From: an uncultured Solirubrobacterales bacterium
GTDB taxonomy: Bacteria > Actinomycetota > Thermoleophilia > Solirubrobacterales > Solirubrobacteraceae
DNA length: 64,000 nucleotides
Assembly: GCA_963826895.1 (NCBI GenBank)
Contig: CAWGYJ010000008.1
Location: 231,323 to 295,322, forward strand
Reading direction: 5' to 3'
How positions within the stretch are numbered: the first letter of the stretch is position 1; each line of letters starts with the position of its first letter. Under the pieces are notes generated by a model. That model did not search any database. It was not told the DNA's origin and saw nothing but the letters and a program-made list of their open reading frames with translations. The translations under genes were made by a program, and so were the position numbers. This document shows, one piece after another, positions 22,723 to 31,878 of the stretch.

Positions 22723-23499
22723 CTAGAGAAAGCCGCCCATCGCCAGGCCACCATCGACGACGAGCGTCTGGCCGGTGATGTAGCTCGACTCGTCGGACAG
22801 CAGGAACAGCGCCGCCTGGGCGACCTCCCAGGCGGTGCCCTGCCGTCCGAGCGGGATCCCGGTGCGCTCGCGGCCGGGTCGCGAGGCCGAGGCGGCGCGG
22901 CCGAGAGGGGTGTCGATCAGCCCGGGCGCGAGCACGTTCGCGCGCACGCCGGAGCGCGCGCCCTCGAACGCAACGTGGCGGCAGAGTCCGAGTAGGGCGG
23001 CCTTCGAAGTGTCGTACGACGGGATCTGGCTGCCGGGACGGATCCCGGCGACCGAGCTGACGAACACGATGCTGGCACCCTCCGGGAGCGTCGGCAGCGC
23101 ACGGCGTGCGATCAGCATGTGTGCGCGCAGGTTCACGGCGAGCACGCGGTCCCAGATCTCGGGCGTCGTGCCCTCGAGCCGGAAGCCGGCGCCGATGCCG
23201 ACGTTGAGGACGATGCCGTCGAGCCCGCCCAGGGCGGCCGCGGCCTCGTCGACCGCGCGATCGCACGCGTCGGGCTCGCTCACGTCGGCGATGATCGCCG
23301 TGGCCGTGCCGCCGTCCTCGCGCACGAGCCGAACCGTCTCGTCGGCCGCCGCGGGCACCCGGTCGAGGACCGCCACCGCCGCCCCCTCGCGCGCGGCAAG
23401 CACCGAGATCGCCTGACCGTTGCCCGGCGGCGCCTCGGGGTCGCCGACGCCCTGGCTGCCGCCGCCGACCACGATGACGCGTCTACCGGCGAGGCGCAT
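22723..23499 (-). CDS. SDR-family oxidoreductase
   Basis: VVGG..GNG, YDTSK and NVLAPG motifs. Confidence 0.9.
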   Translation of the reverse strand: MRLAGRRVIVVGGGSQGVGDPEAPPGNGQAISVLAAREGAAVAVLDRVPAAADETVRLVREDGGTATAIIADVSEPDACDRAVDEAAAALGGLDGIVLNVGIGAGFRLEGTTPEIWDRVLAVNLRAHMLIARRALPTLPEGASIVFVSSVAGIRPGSQIPSYDTSKAALLGLCRHVAFEGARSGVRANVLAPGLIDTPLGRAASASRPGRERTGIPLGRQGTAWEVAQAALFLLSDESSYITGQTLVVDGGLAMGGFL

Positions 23500-24970
23500 G
23501 CGGCTTGCAGCTTTCCGATGAGCGCGTGCCCGGAGCGACGGTGACGGAGATGTCCTTCGCTCGTTGGCACGACGCGATGATCAGCGGCGATGCTCCGCGC
23601 TTGGAGACGATCGTCCCGCCGTTGACGCGGGCGCCGTAGCCACCCGGGTAGTCGAACAATGGCGTTTCGATCGCGCTGAGCGAGCCTGCGGCGAACGTGC
23701 CCTTCCCGGACGCCCTCCGCGTCGTGTAGCTGAGCTTGAACGTCTTGGTACGGCGGTTGTAGGCCCACGAGATCGGCGTCCCGGCGACCACATGCGGGTA
23801 CGGCTCGACGAGCGCGTCGAGCGTGGAGGTGACGAGATTCGAGCCGGTCTTCGGCTTGCGCGGGTCGTTCACGATCCCCTCGGCCGGAGAGCCGGTCGGG
23901 TCACCGCAGACGCAATACGCCCACTCCGTCCAGGGGACCATGTTCTGGTCCGCGAGCGTCACGATCGTGTTCAACTCGCTTCCCTGCGTGCTCGCGCCGA
24001 ACTCGTCGAGGAACGTGCCGGCGCCGCTGGCCTTGATGTCGGTTGCCGCGTTCTTGAAGTTCGTGGCGTTGCTCGAGCACGGACTCGTGGTCAGGCAGTA
24101 GTCGTGCCACGCGAACACCGTGCGCGGGTCGTTCAGAGCGCCGACGTGGTCCTGGAAGCCGAAGTCGAACGTCACATACGGCTCGTAGAAGACGAGGTGC
24201 GTGTCGTCGACCGTGCGGATCGCCTTGTCGACCTTGCGGTACATGCCGGTCAGCTGCGCGTCCGAGGCCGGGCAGCCGGTCGGCGCCGCACAGATGCCGT
24301 AGTCGCTGCCGGGGAACGGCTCGTTGATGAGCTCGTAGCCGAGCACCGACTGGTTGCCGTCGAAGCGCTGGGCCACATATCGCCAGGCGGCCGCGTACTG
24401 CTCCTGTAGTCCGACCCCACCGGGCCCGGGCTTGTCCGCCCAGAAGCTCTCGAACGCCTGCTGGAGCGCCGGGTTGAGCTCGTAGCCCATCGAGAACGGC
24501 GTCTTCGTGTTCGGGAGCCCTCCGTCCTCGATCGCCCACGTCGGCCAGCCCTCCCCTTCGAACTCCTCGTTCAGCTGGTCCTGGTGGAAGTCGAGCAGCG
24601 ACACGATCCCGTGCCGCGCAAGCGTCTTGACCGTTGAGGCGATCTGGTTCAGGTACGCGCTGTCGAACACGCCCGGCTGCGGCTCGAGCGCCGCCCAGAT
24701 CACTCCGACGCGCACGGCCGTGAAGCCGATGCGCTGCAGGAATGCCGCGTCACTGTTTCCGAATCCGCCCGCGGCCGGGTAGTACGGCGCGAGCTTGTAG
24801 ACCATGTTCGTCCCGTGCATCACGACGACGCGGCCACCGGCATCCGTGATCCAGCGGCCCGCATGGGAGAGGGGAAGCGCTGGAGTGGCCGTGGCGGCGA
24901 TGGCCGACGCGGGCGCGAGGCAGGCGACGAGCGCGCACCAGATCGCGAGGCGGCGGATCGCAACGTTCAC
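23483..24970 (-). CDS. Secreted endoglycoceramidase-like GH5
   Basis: Signal peptide; GRWITDAGGRVVVMHGTN, LLDFHQD, YELINEP (acid/base) and FLDEFGA (nucleophile); C-terminal PYPHVVAGTP sandwich. Confidence 0.85.
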   Translation of the reverse strand: MNVAIRRLAIWCALVACLAPASAIAATATPALPLSHAGRWITDAGGRVVVMHGTNMVYKLAPYYPAAGGFGNSDAAFLQRIGFTAVRVGVIWAALEPQPGVFDSAYLNQIASTVKTLARHGIVSLLDFHQDQLNEEFEGEGWPTWAIEDGGLPNTKTPFSMGYELNPALQQAFESFWADKPGPGGVGLQEQYAAAWRYVAQRFDGNQSVLGYELINEPFPGSDYGICAAPTGCPASDAQLTGMYRKVDKAIRTVDDTHLVFYEPYVTFDFGFQDHVGALNDPRTVFAWHDYCLTTSPCSSNATNFKNAATDIKASGAGTFLDEFGASTQGSELNTIVTLADQNMVPWTEWAYCVCGDPTGSPAEGIVNDPRKPKTGSNLVTSTLDALVEPYPHVVAGTPISWAYNRRTKTFKLSYTTRRASGKGTFAAGSLSAIETPLFDYPGGYGARVNGGTIVSKRGASPLIIASCQRAKDISVTVAPGTRSSESCKPHAPRR

Positions 24971-25001
24971 TGCCCGCGACCCTAGCCGATAGATTCGCGC
25001 C

Positions 25002-25535
25002 ATGGCGCTGATCCCGTACGCGGACGAGGACCCGCAGGACGAGCGCGCGGAGGCGGTGCTCGCGCGCCTGCCGGAACCGCGCATCAACCTGTTCCGGATG
25101 CTCGCGAACGCGCCTGCCCTGATCGGCCCGGCCTTGCGGCTCGGCGAGGCGATCCTGACCAAGTCGGACCTCGATCCGAGGCTGCGCGAGCTCGTGATCC
25201 TCCGCGCAGGGCACGTGACCGGAAGCGAGTACGAGGTGGTCCAGCACGAGGGCATCGCGCGGCTCGTCGGGCTCACCGAGGAGGAGATCGCAGGCGTGGC
25301 CGGCGATCAGCGCCCCGCGCTGCGGCTGGTCGACGCGCTGCTGCGAGACAGCGGGACGCCCTCACCCGAGCTGGTCGCCGAGGTGGAGCAGGAGCTCGGC
25401 CGCTCGCAGCTGCTCGAGGTGATGCTGACTGCCGGCTACTACGCGATGCTCGGCGGCCTGATGCGCGCCGTCCGGCTCGACGTCGACAACGTGCTCGAAA
25501 AGGGCATGCTCGACCGCGAGCGCCTCGGCGGCTGA
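25002..25535 (+). CDS. Carboxymuconolactone decarboxylase/AhpD-like protein
   Basis: NLFRMLANAP and LDPRLRELVILR..SEYEVVQH motifs. Confidence 0.85.
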   Translation: MALIPYADEDPQDERAEAVLARLPEPRINLFRMLANAPALIGPALRLGEAILTKSDLDPRLRELVILRAGHVTGSEYEVVQHEGIARLVGLTEEEIAGVAGDQRPALRLVDALLRDSGTPSPELVAEVEQELGRSQLLEVMLTAGYYAMLGGLMRAVRLDVDNVLEKGMLDRERLGG

Positions 25536-25550
25536 GCGCCTCGCGCGGCG

Positions 25551-26363
25551 TTGCTCTCGCGCCAGTACGCCAAGCTCTGCGATCGGCGGGATTTCGACGA
25601 TCCCGCGCTGCTGCGCGGGATCCGCGAGCTCGTCCCCGAGCGCGACGCGCTCGCGCATATCGAGCGCAAGGTGTGGGAGTTCGGGATCGTGATGCTGTTC
25701 CTGGCAGATGTCGGAGTCCTGAACGACGACACCCGCGCGCTGTCGGTCGGGGCCGGCGACGAGCGGATCCTGTTCTGGCTCGCGAACCGGGCCGGGGAGA
25801 TCGTCGCGACCGATACCTACGGCGAAAGCGAGTTCTCCGGCGCGGAGGCAGACTGACCGATCCGCGCGCGCACGCGCCGTCCCCGTACCGAGAGGAGCGG
25901 CTCACGGTTGCGCGCATGGACGGACGGGAGCTGCGGTATCGGGACGAGAGCTTCGACGTCGTGCTGACGATCTCGGCGATCGAACACTTCGGCACTCGGC
26001 GCGAGATCGCCGCCGCGGCCGCCGAGATCGGCCGCATGCGCAGGCCCGGTGGGCACGCCGTGATCGTCACCGACTGCTTCGTCACGCTTTCGCCGATCGA
26101 CACGCTCCCGGTGTGGTTCGCCCTGCGCCGGCTGACCGGCGGCCGTCGCAGCGGGCCGGCGACGCGGCGGCGGCGGAGCGCGCTGGCGCAGGTTTTCACC
26201 CCGGCTGAGCTCCAGAGCGTCGATCGTCGAGCCGTCCAGCCTGCGACTGCTCCAGCCGCTCCGGACGGGCATCTCGCCGGCGACATGGGAGCACCCGCGA
26301 CTGCTGATCCGCCGCGGACGCTCGGCGTTCACGTCGGTCTGCATGGTGCTGTCGAAGCCCTGA
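25551..26363 (+). pseudogene. Disrupted class I SAM-dependent methyltransferase
   Basis: RKVWEF and LSVGAG end at a stop at 25856. The reading resumes in another frame (MDGRELRYRDESFDVV..SAIEHFG) and ends FTSVCMVLSKP in a further frame. Confidence 0.7.
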
Positions 26364-26392
26364 CGGGCGCGGCGGACACTTAGACTGGCGGC

Positions 26393-28324
26393 GTGCCGTC
26401 CACAGAGGACCTCGCGATCGCGCAGGTGACGCCGTTCGCGTGGGAGGTCGCGAACGAGGTCAACGAGTACGTCGCTCGGGTGTCCGAGCAGCTCAGCGCA
26501 AGCGGCCACCGGGTGCTCGTGATCGCCCCGTCGACATCCTCGGCGCTCGTCCGTGACACGCGGCGAGCGGTGCGCTCCGCGCCGGAGACGCTGCTCGAGC
26601 GCGCGGGCGCGGGAGAGCCCGTCGTGCTCGGCGTCGGCGAGGTGCTGCCGTTCTCGCCGGCGCGGCGGCGGGCCGCCTCGCTGCCGGTCGACGTGGCACG
26701 GACGATCGAGGAGACCCTGACCGCGGTGGCGCTCGACGTCGTCCACGTGCACGAGCCGTTCGCGCCGAGCGCTTCGAGCGCGGCGCTGCGCCACTCGCGG
26801 GCGCTGAACGTCGGCAGCTTCCACAACCCGACCGAGCGGGTCCTGTCGACGCAGTTGACGGGGCCGCTCTCACGTCTGCTGTTCAGCCGGCTCGACGCGC
26901 GCACCGCGAGCTATAGCGCAACGCGCAAGCTGCTCGAGCGGTACTTCCCAGCCGACTATCGCGTGATCGTGCCCGGTGCCGATCAGCTGCCGGCGCATTC
27001 GCGGCCCAAGGACGGGCCGGTCGAGCTCGTGATGATCGCGACCGAGGAGCGGGCGGCGATGCGGATGTTCCTGCGCGCGCTGCGGGCGCTCCGCGACGAC
27101 CTGCCTCCGTGGCACGCGACAGTGTGGTCCGAGCGGCCCCTCGCGGCGCCGGCGACGCTCGGGCGGGCGCTGCGCGAGCGGGTCCGGTTCGTCGACGGAT
27201 CGACCGGCGGCGGGACCGGGCAGCTCGAAGCGCTGGCCGGAGCCGACATCGCCGTGCTCGCGTCCGACGGGCTGCGCCCGACCCCCGCGACGATCGTGCG
27301 CGCGGTCGCGGCCGGCGCGGTGCCGGTGGCTTCGCGGCTGCCCGCGTACGAGGACCTGCTCGGAGAGGGCGAGCACGGGCTGCTGTTCGAGCCGCACGAC
27401 GTCGTCACGTTCGCGGCGCAACTCGAGCGGCTGATCGACGACCCCGAGCTGCGCGGCAGGCTGCGAGACGGCGCCAAGGCGCTCCGGGCGCAGTTCAGCT
27501 GGGAGCGGGTCTCGGACGAGTTCGAGCAGGTGTACCGGGAGCTCGTGGCCCGGCGCCACGACGGCCGCTCGAACGAGCGCGTGCACGCCCGCCTGGAATC
27601 ACGCCGGCTGATCGACGTCGACCTGCACATGCACACCGACCACTCCTACGACTGCGCCACCCCGGTGGAGGTCCTGCTCGAGGAGGCGCGCCTGCGCGGG
27701 CTGGGCGCGATCGCCGTGACCGACCACAACGAGATCTCGGGTGCGCTCGAGGCCCGAGCAAAGGCCGACGGGATCAAGGTGATCGTCGCCGAGGAGGTCA
27801 AGACCGCCGGTCAGGGCGAGGTGATCGGGCTGTTCATCGAGGAGAAGATCCCGCGCGGGATGACGCTCCAGGAGACGATCGACGAGATCAAGCGCCAGGG
27901 CGGCCTCGTCTACGTCCCCCACCCGTTCGACCGGATGCACTCCGTGCCCGACTACGAGCACCTGCTCGGCGTGCTCGACGACGTCGACGCGATCGAGGTA
28001 TTCAACCCCCGGGTCGCGATCTCGGAGTTCAACGAGGAGGCGCTGCGGTTCGCGCTGAAATACCGGATCCCCGCCGGCGCGGGATCGGACGCCCACGTGC
28101 CCCAGGGACTCGGCTCGGTGCGCATAAGGATGCGCGACTTCGACGGTGCGGAGGAATTCCTCGAGTCGCTGCGTGACGCCGACATCGTGCGCAACCCGGC
28201 GAGCCTGCTGTACGTGCAGGCGCTGAAGTTCCTGCAGACGAAGGCGATGCCGTCGGGAGCGCGCAGGGCTTCGCGGGACCGCAGAGTGCGCCGCGCCACG
28301 GGTGCGGCCCGCCGCAAGTCCTGA
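26393..28324 (+). CDS. PimA-like GT4 domain (degenerate) fused to a PHP metallophosphoesterase
   Basis: The N-half has DVVHVHEPFAPS and GAVPVASRLP..GLLFEP. The C-half has DLHMHTDHSYD, TDHN, EE, HPF and GSDAH. Confidence 0.85.
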   Translation: MPSTEDLAIAQVTPFAWEVANEVNEYVARVSEQLSASGHRVLVIAPSTSSALVRDTRRAVRSAPETLLERAGAGEPVVLGVGEVLPFSPARRRAASLPVDVARTIEETLTAVALDVVHVHEPFAPSASSAALRHSRALNVGSFHNPTERVLSTQLTGPLSRLLFSRLDARTASYSATRKLLERYFPADYRVIVPGADQLPAHSRPKDGPVELVMIATEERAAMRMFLRALRALRDDLPPWHATVWSERPLAAPATLGRALRERVRFVDGSTGGGTGQLEALAGADIAVLASDGLRPTPATIVRAVAAGAVPVASRLPAYEDLLGEGEHGLLFEPHDVVTFAAQLERLIDDPELRGRLRDGAKALRAQFSWERVSDEFEQVYRELVARRHDGRSNERVHARLESRRLIDVDLHMHTDHSYDCATPVEVLLEEARLRGLGAIAVTDHNEISGALEARAKADGIKVIVAEEVKTAGQGEVIGLFIEEKIPRGMTLQETIDEIKRQGGLVYVPHPFDRMHSVPDYEHLLGVLDDVDAIEVFNPRVAISEFNEEALRFALKYRIPAGAGSDAHVPQGLGSVRIRMRDFDGAEEFLESLRDADIVRNPASLLYVQALKFLQTKAMPSGARRASRDRRVRRATGAARRKS

Positions 28325-28974
28325 TGCATTCGCAGGGACAACCGCGGGTTCCGTCCAATCCGGGGGAAGTGCCGGCGACCGACGACGAGATTCGCGAGAA
28401 GTATCTGGAGCGGGCGATCCGCGAACTGAACACGTTCGCGCGCGATCTCCAGGCCTGTCCGCACTGCCCGCGGGGGCAGCTGATGCCCGTGCTCGGGTCC
28501 GGTCATCCCCAGGCGGACATCATGCTGCTGAAGTATTCGGCGCGGCCATCCGAGGTCGAGGAGGGGGTCGCCTTCTACGGCCGCACCGGCAACGCGTTGA
28601 TGAAGTCGCTGAAGCGGCTGTCGATCGATCCGCTGGCGGTGTATGGGACGCTGTGCGTGAAATGCCCGGTGGCGGACCCGGTGATGGCGGACCCGGCATG
28701 CATCGCCAGGCTGCTCGAGGAGCTCGCGATCGTCCAGCCGAAGCTCGTCGTGGTGATGGGCGCAGACGCGCTCGCGGTCCTCAACGACCTCGACATCCCG
28801 CTCGCGCGCGAACTGAGCGAGTCGCCGGGCGAGGTCCAGCGGCTGACGCCTTCGATCGAGGCGCTGTACGTCCCGAACATCGACGAGGCGCTGGACGAGG
28901 AAGACCGCAAGCGAGAGTTCTGGGCCGCGTTCCGGGTGCTGGGCCAGTGGTGGGCGGACCTTCCTCCGTACTGA
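28324..28974 (+). CDS. Uracil-DNA glycosylase family 4-like protein, atypical
   Basis: CPHC, VLGSGHPQAD, EVEEGVAFYGRTG, CVKC..C and VQPKLVVVMG. The start may instead be the GTG at 28369. Confidence 0.75.
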   Translation: MHSQGQPRVPSNPGEVPATDDEIREKYLERAIRELNTFARDLQACPHCPRGQLMPVLGSGHPQADIMLLKYSARPSEVEEGVAFYGRTGNALMKSLKRLSIDPLAVYGTLCVKCPVADPVMADPACIARLLEELAIVQPKLVVVMGADALAVLNDLDIPLARELSESPGEVQRLTPSIEALYVPNIDEALDEEDRKREFWAAFRVLGQWWADLPPY

Positions 28975-29020
28975 GGGCCTGGGGCTGGCCCGGTCGGGCT
29001 AATAGTCTTTCGCCGCGCGC

Positions 29021-30229
29021 ATGATCCGAGACACGGACTCGTTCCTGATCGTGCTGGCGGTGGCGGCGGCCGGGCCGCTGCTGGCCGCCGCTTCCGGGCG
29101 CGCCGTCAGGAGCCTGATCGTCCCGATAGTGGTGTTCGAGATCGTGCTCGGCGCAGTGGTCGGAGCGCACGGGCTCAAGTTCGCCCATCTCGATCAGACG
29201 CTCGACGTGCTCGCGACGCTCGGCCTCGCGATGTTGTTCTTCTTCGCCGGCTATGAGATCGACCTCTCGGTCGTACGCGGTCAGCCGCTGCGGCTCGCGG
29301 TCGTGGGTTGGCTGATCTCGCTCGTGCTCGCCTACACGATCGCCGGCGTGCTCGCGGCCGCGGGGATCGTGATCTCCGGCGTGCTGACCGGCTCGGCGAT
29401 GTGCACAACGGCGATCGGCACGATCCTCCCGGTGCTGCGCGACAACGACCAGCTCGGCGGCCGCTTCGGACCCCTGATGCTCGCCGCCGGCGCTGTCGGC
29501 GAGCTCGGCCCGATCCTGATCGTCACACTCGTGCTGACGACGACCTCGGACCACGTCTCCCAGGGGTTGCTGCTCGGCGCGTTCATCATCGTGACCGTGC
29601 TGGCGGCGATCGCCTCGAGCGTGTCCGTAAAGCGCTGGTGGGACTTCATCGCCCGTTCGATGGAGACGAGCGCCCAGCTCCCGGTGCGGTTGACGGTGCT
29701 GCTCCTGGCGGCACTGGTCGTGCTCGCCGACCACCTCGGCCTCGACATCATCCTCGGGGCGTTCGCCGCCGGGATGATCGTGCGCGGGATCCTCAAGGAC
29801 CGCGAGGACGTCGAGGAGCTCAACTCCAAGCTCGAGGCGATCGGGTTCGGGTTCCTGATCCCGTTCTTCTTCATTCAGAGCGGGATGAAGCTCGACCTGT
29901 CCGCGCTGACCGGCGGGTTCGACGCCGTGGCCAAGGTGCCGCTGTTCCTGCTCGCGTTCCTGATCGTCCGCGGCACGCCGGCGTTGCTCCTGTACCGGAA
30001 GCAGCTCGATCGCGATGACCGCATCGCGCTCGGGCTGTTCTCTGCGACGGAGCTGCCGATCGTGGTGGCGATCACGGCGCTCGGGGTCAGCGAGGGGCAG
30101 ATGCGACCGTCGACCGCGGTCGCCCTGGTCACCGCCGCCGTGCTGTCGGTTCTCATATTCCCCACGGTTGCGATCGCGGTTCGCGCACGCGGAAGGCGCG
30201 CGTCTGCGGCCCCCGCCGCGTCGGCGTAG
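29021..30229 (+). CDS. Cation:proton antiporter (CPA2)
   Basis: About 12 TMs; FFFAGYEID, ILGAFAAG and IPFFFIQSG motifs. Confidence 0.9.
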   Translation: MIRDTDSFLIVLAVAAAGPLLAAASGRAVRSLIVPIVVFEIVLGAVVGAHGLKFAHLDQTLDVLATLGLAMLFFFAGYEIDLSVVRGQPLRLAVVGWLISLVLAYTIAGVLAAAGIVISGVLTGSAMCTTAIGTILPVLRDNDQLGGRFGPLMLAAGAVGELGPILIVTLVLTTTSDHVSQGLLLGAFIIVTVLAAIASSVSVKRWWDFIARSMETSAQLPVRLTVLLLAALVVLADHLGLDIILGAFAAGMIVRGILKDREDVEELNSKLEAIGFGFLIPFFFIQSGMKLDLSALTGGFDAVAKVPLFLLAFLIVRGTPALLLYRKQLDRDDRIALGLFSATELPIVVAITALGVSEGQMRPSTAVALVTAAVLSVLIFPTVAIAVRARGRRASAAPAASA

Positions 30230-30239
30230 ACTCGCTCCC

Positions 30240-30425
30240 GTGGATCTCGAAGAGCACACGCTCGAGTCGGTCGGGGATCGCTGCGAGGAGTGCGGCGCAA
30301 AGCTGACATCGGAAGAGCAGCAGACGGCACTCGAGTCGGGGGGGCCGGCGCTGTGCTCGATCCATGCGGCCGAGGACGAGCCCGGGCTCGCAGCCGAGGA
30401 CGAGGACTTCGGCGGCGACGGCTGA
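30240..30425 (+). CDS. Small acidic protein with a CxxC...CxxH zinc site
   Basis: 61 aa with CEECG and LCSIH; TAGACT -10 lies 7 nt before the GTG. Confidence 0.7.
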   Translation: MDLEEHTLESVGDRCEECGAKLTSEEQQTALESGGPALCSIHAAEDEPGLAAEDEDFGGDG

Positions 30426-30442
30426 GGCTCGCTCCGCGAGCC
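30426..30442. terminator. Hairpin between convergent genes
   Basis: GGCTCGC-TCC-GCGAGCC. Confidence 0.4.
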
Positions 30443-30447
30443 CGTCT

Positions 30448-31386
30448 CTAGATCGTCAGGACGATCTTGCCGAGCTTGCCGCCGGCGGTGAAGCGGTCGT
30501 AGGCCTGATCGACCTCGTCGAGCGGGAACGTCCCGGCGATCGGGACCTTGACGGCGCCGCTGGCGAGGTGCGGCAGGACTTCGCGCTCGAACGCGCGCGC
30601 CGTCAGCGCCTTCTCCTCCAGCGGCCGGGGGCGGATCGTCGACGCGAAGATCCGTCCTCGCTTGCCCATCAACGCGCCGAGGTGGACCTCGGCCTTGGCG
30701 CCGGCGCCGATCCCGATCACGGTGATCCGGCCGAGCGTGTTCAGGGCGTTGACGTTGTCGGGCATGTTCGGCGCCCCGACGAGCTCGAGGATCACATCGA
30801 ACGGCCCGTGCTCGGCGAAGCCCTCGGGCGCGAGCACGGTCGCGCCGAGGTCCGCGACCCGATCGCGCAGCGCTTCGTTGCGCACGGTCGCATACACCTG
30901 CGCTCCCGCCGCGCGTCCCAGCTGGATCGCCGATGTGCCGACGCCGCCGGCGCCGCCGTGCACGAGCAGCCGCTCGCCGGATCTGAGGCCGGCCTGCGTG
31001 AAGATCGCGTCGTGGGCGGTCGTGAACGTCTCGGGGGCGCCGCCGGCTTCGGGCCAGCCGATGTGATCCGGGACGGGGATCAGCTGGCGCTCGTGGACGG
31101 TCGCGAGCTCGGCCTGGCCGCCGCCGCCGACGATGCCCATGACGCGGTCGCCGGGGTTGAAGCGGAAAGCGTTGGGCCCGGTCCTCGCGACCTCTCCCGC
31201 CAGCTCGAGCCCGGGGATGTCCTGCGGGACGCCCGGCGGCGCGGGGTAGCGCCCGAGCCGCTGGTGCATGTCGGCGCCGTTGAGACCGGCGGCGCGAACC
31301 TTGATCAGGACCTCGCCCGAGCCGGGCTCGGGATCCGGGCGCTCGGCGATCACGAGCTCTCCGTCCTCGATCGTGACCGCCCTCAC
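30448..31386 (-). CDS. NADPH:quinone oxidoreductase (MDR, PIG3-like)
   Basis: AAGLNGAD, PGLELAG, HGGAGGVG and GKIVL motifs. Confidence 0.9.
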   Translation of the reverse strand: MRAVTIEDGELVIAERPDPEPGSGEVLIKVRAAGLNGADMHQRLGRYPAPPGVPQDIPGLELAGEVARTGPNAFRFNPGDRVMGIVGGGGQAELATVHERQLIPVPDHIGWPEAGGAPETFTTAHDAIFTQAGLRSGERLLVHGGAGGVGTSAIQLGRAAGAQVYATVRNEALRDRVADLGATVLAPEGFAEHGPFDVILELVGAPNMPDNVNALNTLGRITVIGIGAGAKAEVHLGALMGKRGRIFASTIRPRPLEEKALTARAFEREVLPHLASGAVKVPIAGTFPLDEVDQAYDRFTAGGKLGKIVLTI

Positions 31387-31868
31387 GCCGGGCAGCCGAT
31401 CTCGTCGTCGACGATCAGCGCGCCGGTGGACGGGTGACCGAAGCTCGCCCTGAACGTGAACGCGTACGGGGTGGGCCCGTGCACGGTCAGGTGCTCGAGC
31501 CGCTGCTTGGCCTCATCGACCGTCGGCTCGTGCCCGGCGGGCACCCACCACAGCACGAGGTACGTGTCGAGCTTCTCGAACCACAGCTTGCGCCGGCGCA
31601 TCACGCCGGTGTGACCGGTCGTGTAGACGAAGCGCCGCAGTTCCTCGATCGACTCCCAGACGGACATGTTGACCATCATCCGCTCGTCCTCGTATGGACG
31701 GATCGCGGTCGCGTCGCCGTCCTCGGTCTGGAGTCGCCACACGAATCCGGGCGCCCCGTCGGCGAGCGCGTTGATGCGGTCGAGCTCGGCCGCGAACCCC
31801 GCCATCACCGCACCGTCCATCGGACCCTTGGCGAGCCCGATGTTCAGCTGCGCGAGATGGAACTCCAC
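31383..31868 (-). CDS. DUF3291-family protein
   Basis: HLAQLNI, PGFVWRL, NMSVWES, WWVPAGH and HGPTPYAFTF motifs. Confidence 0.88.
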   Translation of the reverse strand: MEFHLAQLNIGLAKGPMDGAVMAGFAAELDRINALADGAPGFVWRLQTEDGDATAIRPYEDERMMVNMSVWESIEELRRFVYTTGHTGVMRRRKLWFEKLDTYLVLWWVPAGHEPTVDEAKQRLEHLTVHGPTPYAFTFRASFGHPSTGALIVDDEIGCPA

Positions 31869-31878
31869 AGATTTGATG

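Noticed and set aside
25854-25856. TGA in the methyltransferase as selenocysteine or readthrough
   Set aside because: The coding signal continues in a different frame, not past the TGA.
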